From a virus (lineage: Duplodnaviria > Caudoviricetes), in the IMG/VR virus record IMGVR_UViG_3300030330_003390, positions 1-37,846 of that record: a stretch of DNA of 37,846 bases; one strand, written 5' to 3'. Shown here in pieces: positions 1-7,600 of the stretch; the first letter of the stretch is position 1; every line of letters starts with the position of its first letter. The notes beneath the pieces are model-generated. The model ran no database searches, was not told the DNA's origin, and saw only the letters and a list, made by a program, of their open reading frames with translations. The position numbers and the translations under genes are program-made.

Positions 1-955
1 CATCCATATATATAAGGCATACAGCTTCCATCATCAGCGTTTGCGCTAGGCATAAAATTCCACATTGTAGAATCAGTACACCCATATACTACACCTACAC
101 AACTACCATCATCTGTATTTGCTAAAGGATTGTAATTAATAGCTATAGAACTCATACAACCGTATACTATAGCAATACAAGTGTCTGGTGTATTTGCATT
201 AGGATTATAATTAAAAGCTAAAGGCTGCATACAGCCTATAATTACTGGTAAACATCCACCGTTATCTAGATTTGCTAATGGGTCGTAATTAAACGCAGTG
301 CTATCAATACATCCCCATACTGCTTGAGTTAAACAACTACCATCATTATAATCAGCTACAAAACCTTGAGTATAATATTCTAAATACGAAGAATTAGTAC
401 AACCAGGCATGTAATAACAATTACTATCACTGGTATTTGCTAGACTATCATAATTTACCGCTAACGAATCTAAACACCCAAATACCTTTTCTTCACATGT
501 ATTACCACAATTTGTTATAACATTGTAAGGTAATAAAGGTTGTATAAATGGAGGTTGTATACTTATTAAAGTATCTCCTTCTGGGTTTATAAATGTAAAT
601 CCACATTCTATAGTAGTTAAACTAGCTTGTGAAGATATATGAAATCTAAACGTTATTGGATCTGGTGCTGTTAGCCCTACTTGATACTCATCTGTAAAAC
701 CTCCTGTATGTGTAAACTGATACGATGTGTCAGGGTGTATTAATTTTAAATGTGATCCAACCCATCCATTACCCATTAAATCATGTAGTATTAATGTATA
801 CTCACATGTATCTATAAGTTCCATTGTATTAGCATTTGGATCGTAGTTGTACATAGTACTATCTATACATCCAAATATTTTTAATGTTTGACAGCTTCCA
901 TCATCAACTGTAGCAAATGGATTCCATTCTACATAATCATCATCTGTACATCCTA
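1..955 (-). repeat. Protein-level repeats of about 21-27 aa, GC-x-(D/N/Q/S)...N(Y/F)...A(N)...C, at least 8 copies
   Basis: Two copies at about 800-955 and six tandem copies at about 20-480; a ninth begins at the window edge. Confidence 0.85.
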
Positions 956-1682
956 ATATAGGTGGGCATGAATCAGAAACAAACATGTGCGCTGTATCAT
1001 TACCAAAAGCAGGATTTGTACCATATACTAAAGTATCGTTACACTGTTTTACAAAGTAAGAACCGTCTTGACCTTGCCATAATGCCCCGTTTAATCCATC
1101 TCCATAAGTATCGTAAATTGTAAAAACTAATGGTCCTTTAGGTATTTGCACTGGCACAACTACAGTGGCATAATCTGGTTGCGCATTATAATTTCCACCA
1201 GAAGCATATATTATACCGTTTGTATCTTTTATATCCCAACTAGTTTCACTTTGATATTGATCTAAATTTATTATAACTTTTGCCGGAACTAGTTGTGACG
1301 GTGGTGGTTGTGGCATACACTGAGGAACTGTTCTATTGTGTATCAAACCTTGATTAAATGTAGATGTAGGATAGTTTACAACTGTATCGCCACATATAAC
1401 TACATAATATTCTCCATTAATTATACCATCTCCATAGCTATCCCATATAACAAAAGAAATATCAGTTATACTATCAGTCATATATATAGTATCGCTATTC
1501 ATAACACCTCCTTGAGAATAGTGACCAAAAGGCACGTATGCTATAGTATCTCCTTGATAAGCGTCTTTATATAAAGTCCACGCGGTTTCACTAGGATAGT
1601 TATCTGTTTTTATATGTACAATAACTTCTTTTTGTGCAAAACTAAATATAGGTATTAATAATAGTATTAATAATTTTCTCAT
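1..1682 (-). CDS. Exported Cys-repeat protein (signal peptide, D-S/T-YGDG domains, GC-x-D...NY...DDGSC repeats); 3' end lies outside the window
   Basis: Not in the ORF track because it has no stop in the window. ATG at 1682-1680 overlaps the upstream TGA (ATGA). Manual translation is open to the edge: MRKLLILLLIPIFSFA-QKEVIVHIKTDNYPSETAW...WDSYGDG...YDTYGDG...GCTDDDYVEWNPFATVDDGSC...GCTDSTMWNFMPSANADDGSC. Confidence 0.9.
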   Translation of the reverse strand, partial: MRKLLILLLIPIFSFAQKEVIVHIKTDNYPSETAWTLYKDAYQGDTIAYVPFGHYSQGGVMNSDTIYMTDSITDISFVIWDSYGDGIINGEYYVVICGDTVVNYPTSTFNQGLIHNRTVPQCMPQPPPSQLVPAKVIINLDQYQSETSWDIKDTNGIIYASGGNYNAQPDYATVVVPVQIPKGPLVFTIYDTYGDGLNGALWQGQDGSYFVKQCNDTLVYGTNPAFGNDTAHMFVSDSCPPILGCTDDDYVEWNPFATVDDGSCQTLKIFGCIDSTMYNYDPNANTMELIDTCEYTLILHDLMGNGWVGSHLKLIHPDTSYQFTHTGGFTDEYQVGLTAPDPITFRFHISSQASLTTIECGFTFINPEGDTLISIQPPFIQPLLPYNVITNCGNTCEEKVFGCLDSLAVNYDSLANTSDSNCYYMPGCTNSSYLEYYTQGFVADYNDGSCLTQAVWGCIDSTAFNYDPLANLDNGGCLPVIIGCMQPLAFNYNPNANTPDTCIAIVYGCMSSIAINYNPLANTDDGSCVGVVYGCTDSTMWNFMPSANADDGSCMPYIYG

Positions 1683-1960
1683 GCTTCTCCACATTTTTTA
1701 CTTGGATTACCAACTTGTCTCCAGTCTTGCTGAACCCAATGTTTTAAATTTCTACTAGCAGTACCAGTAACGTTGCTTTTTGAAGAACGTTTATACTTAC
1801 CAGCTTTACCAGCGGCTCGTTTAGCACGTATAACAGCTTGCCGCTCTGACTTACTCATACTACGTATTTTAGCCAAAGGCAAACACACTTTAGTAGTACC
1901 TCCGCCTTTAGCTTTTGTTCGTTTAACTTTTTTAAAAGGATTACTTTTTTGAACGTACAT
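1679..1960 (-). CDS. Small basic protein with DUF5872-like motifs and an N-terminal YVQKSNPFKK tag
   Basis: Motifs CLP...MSKSERQA..RAKRAA and LKHWVQQDW...KCG; coupled to both neighbours (TAATG and ATGA overlaps). Confidence 0.7.
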   Translation of the reverse strand: MYVQKSNPFKKVKRTKAKGGGTTKVCLPLAKIRSMSKSERQAVIRAKRAAGKAGKYKRSSKSNVTGTASRNLKHWVQQDWRQVGNPSKKCGEA

Positions 1961-2265
1961 TACTTCTTTTTCATCTTCATGCCAGCAGCTTTTTTCATCA
2001 TCATAGCAGCTTTTTTCATCATCATACCTGATTTTTTAAGTTTCATAGTAGATTCTTTTTTAAGCTTCATAGCAGCTTTTTTCATAGTCATTGCTGAATC
2101 TTTCATCTTTTTCATTTTCATAGCAGAAGCTTTTTTCATGTTAACAGGGGCTCTATCAACAGCTTCTTTAAACTTACCTTTTAATTTACCATCTGCAGAA
2201 GCTTTTCTTAATGACGCTGTAAATTTTACTGCTGCTTTTTTCATTTTTGCCGGTGCTTTTTTCAT
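1960..2265 (-). CDS. Lys/Met/Ala-rich low-complexity basic protein (histone H1-like composition)
   Basis: Repeated KKAAMxM/KKASAMKM units; tightly packed in the operon with an A-rich start context. Confidence 0.7.
   Translation of the reverse strand: MKKAPAKMKKAAVKFTASLRKASADGKLKGKFKEAVDRAPVNMKKASAMKMKKMKDSAMTMKKAAMKLKKESTMKLKKSGMMMKKAAMMMKKAAGMKMKKK
1962..2140 (-). repeat. Degenerate tandem repeats of about 21 nt encoding KK(A/S)AM(K/M)(M/L)
   Basis: catagcagcttttttcat and variants recur at about 1980, 2002, 2068 and 2119 on the + strand. Confidence 0.65.
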
Positions 2266-2266
2266 T

Positions 2267-2809
2267 TTAAATTTTGTTTTTAATATGTTTATACATTGAG
2301 TTACCTAGTTTTTCGCCCATTTTACTGTCTGACTTATAGTGAGCGTGGGCAACTCGTCTACTATAAGATATGTTTTCACCTGTTTTAGCAAAAGCTGATT
2401 TAGCTTTAGGATATTTATCACCTAATACTTTAGCTATTAACACGCCTTGAACAGAGTGTCCTGAAGGATATGATGGTGTCTTCATTGAAGACATCTCATA
2501 ATCTTTCATTTTTATATTCATTTTTTTAGCTAATACTTTTGGTCTTGGCCTATTAAAATGTTTTTTTAATTCTAATATTATTGGCGCAGACTCTTTTATA
2601 AGTTTAGCTGATATTTTCTTGTCGTAATCTTCTACGTTATTATCTTTAGCTGTTTTAGCAAACGCAGACTCTATGTTATCAAACTTCTTTACAAACTCTT
2701 TTTTTAAAGGTATTTTAGCAAGTGCTTTAATTTCTTGTGAAGTATCAAATGTATTATCACCTGGTGGCTTCATTTTTTTAAAACTTGATATATTAAAATC
2801 TTTAAACAT
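2267..2809 (-). CDS. PAP2-superfamily (class A acid phosphatase/haloperoxidase-like) phosphatase
   Basis: All three signature motifs present: KKHFNRPRP, PSYPSGHS, SRRVAHAHYKSD. Confidence 0.9.
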   Translation of the reverse strand: MFKDFNISSFKKMKPPGDNTFDTSQEIKALAKIPLKKEFVKKFDNIESAFAKTAKDNNVEDYDKKISAKLIKESAPIILELKKHFNRPRPKVLAKKMNIKMKDYEMSSMKTPSYPSGHSVQGVLIAKVLGDKYPKAKSAFAKTGENISYSRRVAHAHYKSDSKMGEKLGNSMYKHIKNKI

Positions 2810-3365
2810 TTTTTCTTGCTTTTCTTATTGCTTCTTTACCACGTTTAAATATAGCCGCAACTTGTGTCTTTTTCATTACTTTAGCTCTCTGCTCTCCTAC
2901 AGTTAATATTTGTATCTTACGTGCATAAGGCTTATCTATTCTTTTAACTTTAGCTACGGTCGCCCTAGCGTCACTAGGCGTAGCAAATTTAATACTTACA
3001 GTATCTTTTGGGTTTTCATCAGTATATAAACGTCTACCACTACCTTTAGGTTTTTTACCTGTGCCAACAACGGGATCTTTACGTTTAGCAGGGCTTTTAT
3101 CTAAGCGTTTTCTAACTATATTCATAGTTGTTTTCATTTTAGCAGCATAACTAGGTTTTTTACCCCTATTAAATACATACTGTTGATTTAAACTACTAAT
3201 AATTCTATTTAATTTGCCTTTACGAGTTTTTATAAGCCAACTAGCTAAACTACCAGGTGAAAGACTTTTAAATTTACCCTTAGCATCAGGAGCGTCTGAG
3301 TCGTGCCACGTAATAGATTTTGAAGTCTTTTTCTTTTTAAACGGATTATTTTTTTGACTATACAT
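2802..3365 (-). CDS. Basic two-module protein with an N-terminal YSQKNNPFKK tag; second module contains LYTDENPK
   Basis: 187-aa ORF; modules joined by KSPAKRK. The LYTDENPK...KIQ...EQRAK module is recalled from marine phage hypothetical proteins. Confidence 0.75.
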   Translation of the reverse strand: MYSQKNNPFKKKKTSKSITWHDSDAPDAKGKFKSLSPGSLASWLIKTRKGKLNRIISSLNQQYVFNRGKKPSYAAKMKTTMNIVRKRLDKSPAKRKDPVVGTGKKPKGSGRRLYTDENPKDTVSIKFATPSDARATVAKVKRIDKPYARKIQILTVGEQRAKVMKKTQVAAIFKRGKEAIRKARKNV

Positions 3366-3611
3366 CTAACACTTACCAGCTTTTTGTGTTTTACTAGCCC
3401 ACATATTAGCATATGCAGATGGATATACTTTAAATTTTCTTTTTGCAGCGGCTTTACAACTAGCACTTAGTTTAACCAAAGCTGGTGACGTTTTCTTTTT
3501 TAATGCTGAGCTTTTTTTTATCATATTATCTATTTTTTTAGCTTGTCCAGCGTGTAAGTTACTAGCTTTTTTAAGCTCTTTTGATATTTTTTTTAGTTTT
3601 TGTTTACTCAT
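3366..3611 (-). CDS. Small basic two-module protein (KASxxHAGQ module plus KRKFKVYPSAYAN, DUF5872 N-terminal-like)
   Basis: Start moved from 3650 to the ATG at 3611 (MSKQKLKK), which has an A-rich leader and avoids overlap with the upstream gene; ends in TAG. Confidence 0.7.
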   Translation of the reverse strand: MSKQKLKKISKELKKASNLHAGQAKKIDNMIKKSSALKKKTSPALVKLSASCKAAAKRKFKVYPSAYANMWASKTQKAGKC

Positions 3612-3621
3612 AATTATTTTT

Positions 3622-3996
3622 TTAACATTTCCATCTACGTCTAGCGGCACAGATTCTTTTTTTAGGAGTTTTTTTACAATTAATATTGTGCGTTTTCATT
3701 TGACCTAAAGATCTAGCACAGTATGATTTTTTACGTTTACCACCACCTGGTTGTGGTGCTTTTAAATTACCACCAGTTTGTTTGTTATAAGCAGCTCTAC
3801 CAGCCGCGGTCATACCAGCACCTTCTTCAGCAGATAAAAAATGCCTACCTTTACCTCTTGTTGTTTTACGTAGTTTATTTAACGGTGAGCCGTTATTTCT
3901 ACGTCTACCACAACTAGTAACAGGAAAAGGATTGTTCTTTTGAACATATCCTGTACTTGGCTCAAACATACTATTTTGCATCGGACTTCCTGGCAT
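3622..3996 (-). CDS. DUF6321-like basic protein
   Basis: GMTAAGRAAYN...NLKAPQ...RKKSYCARS.G...R...ARRRWKC matches the remembered DUF6321 pattern of marine phages; leader carries YVQKNNPF, SPMQ and SPLNK. Confidence 0.75.
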   Translation of the reverse strand: MPGSPMQNSMFEPSTGYVQKNNPFPVTSCGRRRNNGSPLNKLRKTTRGKGRHFLSAEEGAGMTAAGRAAYNKQTGGNLKAPQPGGGKRKKSYCARSLGQMKTHNINCKKTPKKRICAARRRWKC

Positions 3997-3998
3997 AA

Positions 3999-4352
3999 TT
4001 AAAAATCACTCATTAATTGATTATCTATTTCTTCTTGCACTTCTTCTCTAGTAGCTACCATTTTAAAACTTAAATCAGCTTGAAATCTAGAAACTTCTTC
4101 ACCATCTTTAAATATTATAATAGTGGGTATTACTGCTATTTTATATTTTTTTTGATCTTCTGTATTTTTTGATATATCCACAAACAATTTTGTTTGACAA
4201 TCTTTTAACTTCATAAACCACTCTACGTCATTAGCTTTGTTCCACTCTGCGTTAAAACATACTACTTTAATTTGACCAAAAGCTTGCGATGCTGCAAATA
4301 CTAATATCATTAATATTACATATATTGCCTTTGACATATCTGATTTTTTCAT
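3999..4352 (-). CDS. Exported thioredoxin-fold protein lacking CxxC
   Basis: Signal peptide (AFG-Q); FNAEWNKAN at the WCxxC position; YKIAVIPTIIIFKDGEEVSRF is a typical thioredoxin cis-Pro loop. Confidence 0.8.
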   Translation of the reverse strand: MKKSDMSKAIYVILMILVFAASQAFGQIKVVCFNAEWNKANDVEWFMKLKDCQTKLFVDISKNTEDQKKYKIAVIPTIIIFKDGEEVSRFQADLSFKMVATREEVQEEIDNQLMSDF

Positions 4353-4357
4353 TTAAT

Positions 4358-4642
4358 TTATCTTAATTTGTCAATTTTTTCTTCAATACGTTTTATATCT
4401 TCTTTTATCTCTCCAACATCTTCCTGCGTTGTCATGATAGTCTGACGAATCATTTGATCTTTCATGTCAAACTCCATACGGGTAACTTCTGGATCTGCTG
4501 GTTTTGGTAGCTCTTTTGCTTCTGCAATATCCGCTTGAAGAGCAAACCACATTCCAACAATAGTTGCTATTGCAAAACCTATTCCCATGAGAGTTTTTAT
4601 ACTTATTTTAAAGCTAGTATCTTCATTTAATTGTTTTGTCAT
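4358..4642 (-). CDS. Single-pass membrane protein with a C-terminal coiled coil
   Basis: Hydrophobic stretch LMGIGFAIATIVGMWFAL; heptad tail VGEIKEDIKRIEEKIDKL. Confidence 0.7.
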   Translation of the reverse strand: MTKQLNEDTSFKISIKTLMGIGFAIATIVGMWFALQADIAEAKELPKPADPEVTRMEFDMKDQMIRQTIMTTQEDVGEIKEDIKRIEEKIDKLR

Positions 4643-4655
4643 GTCGTGTATATTC

Positions 4656-4675
4656 TATATATTATACAATCACTT
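4656..4675 (-). promoter_or_regulatory. Candidate phage promoter motif GTGATTGTATAATA
   Basis: Intergenic; starts 31 nt before the ATG at 4642; similar motif at similar spacing before 15194. Confidence 0.3.
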
Positions 4676-4682
4676 GTTTTTG

Positions 4683-7600
4683 TTATTTTTTACTTTTGTT
4701 TTTATTTTGTATCTCTATAATTTTATTTACTCTATCTTCTTCATATTTAAGAGTTTTTATTATTTTAGGACTAATGCCAAGTTCTAATAACTTATCTATT
4801 TGTTCTTTTTTATTTAAATTAAATAAATCTATAGACATTTTCTCCTCTACAGTAGGCACATAATTTTCAATTGCTGTTAAAGTAGAATCTATTTTATATT
4901 GATTTTTTTCACGCAAATTCATAATAGCATCGACTCTATCTGCTTCTTTTGGATAATCTTTAGGATTTAAGTCATTTGCTTCTAGTATTTTTATCTGCTC
5001 TCTTTTATTTAAATCATAAACTTGTTTTTCTGTTTGTATAATTTTTATTTCTTCTTTTGTTTTGTCAGGGTATTTTTTCTTTAACTTTGTTTCTTTGTTT
5101 ATTTGCTTTTGTCTTTCTTTTAAGTCTTTTTTAACTTCTTCAACTGCAGTATCTTCAACACCTAAACTCCATTGATCCCAACCACCAAATAGAAATACTC
5201 TTTGCCACCACTCGTTTTCACTGTCAAGACCAGCTCTTATGTTATCTAATTTTCTATGAAGCCTATTAATAGGTGCATTAGTTGTTCCTTCTATAAATAT
5301 AGTAGTCATATCCCACAAAGGATTGTCAATATCAAAAACACTCATTTCTTTCATAACATCTTTGTTCCACTCAAGTGTTCTTTCAGCACTTCTTAGTTTT
5401 CTAATTTTAATTCCAATTGGTGGTGATATTTGCAATAGCTCTTCCCAAGCTGGTGTTTTAAAATAAGCATCGCTTTTTTGATTTTCAACAAGTTTATATA
5501 CATAGTTTTTAACTGTAGAAACTACCGCTCCTCCAACTCCAGAACCTTTTAATATAGAGTCTATAGTACCACCTATAATTCTATCTTTTTTAAGCTTAAA
5601 AAACTTTTCATCTTTTTCGTCGTCGTCAAATAACATTGCAAACACAGCACTTTGTAAACCATAAAATATCATACTTTGCACTGCTCCATAATATACTATT
5701 TTAGAGAGGTTTGCCATGTCGCTTTGTGCTTGAGTAGTATAAGGCGGTGATTTTCTTCTATTAACTAAATCTAAACTTGATTTTTTTATTATCCTCACAT
5801 ATTGAGATGTTACGTTTTGAAAAGCTAAAACAAGTCTACCAAGCGGCGAAGCTTGCTGTTGTGAAACCATGTCAGGTCTAGCAGACTGCTGTGTAGCTTC
5901 CGCTATCTCCATAAAATCATTAAAAGCTTTTTCTTCAGCTGCGCTTTGGTCTAAGCCTTGTTTTAAATAAGTTTTTAATCTATTTCTATAAAAAGAAGCC
6001 CCACCAATAGCAATAGCAAAGCTATCACCTATTTGCGTAGGAGTAAAACCAATATTTAACAAATACTTTATGGCTGCTCTTACAGGATTTTTTGATCTAG
6101 AAACTTCTCTAGCTATTTCATTTGTATTAACATCAAACGCAGCACCAGCACGCCTTTGTTTTAAAAAGTCAGAGTTAAATATCATAGAAAAGTCTTTCCA
6201 AAACTGTTTTTGATTTGCAAAGGCTGCAGCAGATTTAAATACATTATTATCAGCAAAATTTATAAAATTAACAAATGATAATTGCTGTAACAAGGCTGAA
6301 CGCATGTTAAAAAACATTGTAGCACCAACAGATCCATTTATATAGTCAAGCCACGCGTTTACAAGTCTATTTTTACTTGTAGGTCTATTACTACCTGTTT
6401 TTATTCTATAAAGCATATCTTTTAGAGCCTCAACAAAGTTTTCACCATATATTGCTTTAATTTTATTAATATTTTCTGGTGAAAATATTATATCTGAATT
6501 TTCAATAAACTCAGTAAAAAACTTAGCTCTACCAACTCTACCTGTAGCATCTACTAAATCAAACTTTATATTTCCAACGTCCCAATGCTCACCTGGCTCT
6601 ACATAACCTTCATCAATTCTAGATATTCTACCTATTTGATCAGCAAACTCTAACAACTCAGAATCTGATTTTACTATTTCAACTAATTTTGCTTTATCAG
6701 TTTTACTTAAACCAGGTATTTCAAAACCAGCTTTGTCCCATAGATAAACTCTTACAGCGTCTTCAATCACATAATCATCTTTTAATATTTTCTCAGATAA
6801 TCTTTTTCTAACATCAGGCATTTGTTTAATTAAGCTTTTGTAATCGTTTGCAATTGCTTGCTTTGCTCTATTTAATTCTCTATAAGCTTTATTCAAAGGT
6901 TTTATTAAAGATTTTTCAAAAAAATCTCTATGTTGCTCTCCTTTTCTGCCCTTACCCATAAAGTTATATAATAAACCTACAAAATCTTCGTGTGATGGCG
7001 GAACAAAAAACCTAAATCTACCTTTGCCTTTTCCACGTCTTTTAGCTTTTGCATCTGAAAAACGTTTTTTAGCATCAATACCAGATACTTCTTCTAGTAT
7101 TTTATTAAATTCAGGATCCATATCTTTACTAAATTTAACCTTAGCTTGAACAGCCTTACCTTTAATATCTAATTGCTCCATCATGTTTTTAACAGCGGTA
7201 ACATTTGGAAGTGCGTCGTCAACAAAATATATATCGTTATAACCTTGAGCAAATTTTTCAGCAACCCATAATGCTTTAGCTTCACCTGTACTATTACCTA
7301 ATCCAGTAATGTTTTTTAAAGGTATAGTTATGCCCTGTGTTTTTAACCACTCATGTATTGCAGTTTCAGATTCTGATGGTCTTGCAGTAATTATATATGT
7401 ATTTTCAGGTCCAAATTTATTTATTCTATTTTTTAACTTTTGTAACAAAGGCCCTTCAACACCGCCTCTAACATTTACAAAATCTTTAAAGTCAAAAGTA
7501 TAACCTTTGCTTTGCAAATCAGGGCCTTGTATTGGCCAGTCAGCGCTACTAATTCTTACTTCTTCGCCATTAGGGCTTGTTGCTATTATAAAGTTTTCAC

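Noticed and set aside
1-2140. CRISPR array or DGR template/variable repeats
   Set aside because: The repeats are degenerate in-frame coding repeats with no constant repeat-spacer structure; no reverse transcriptase or cas gene in the window.
3612-3650. Upstream start at 3650 for the 3366 gene
   Set aside because: It overlaps the conserved RRWKC end of the upstream gene; the ATG at 3611 has the typical A-rich leader.
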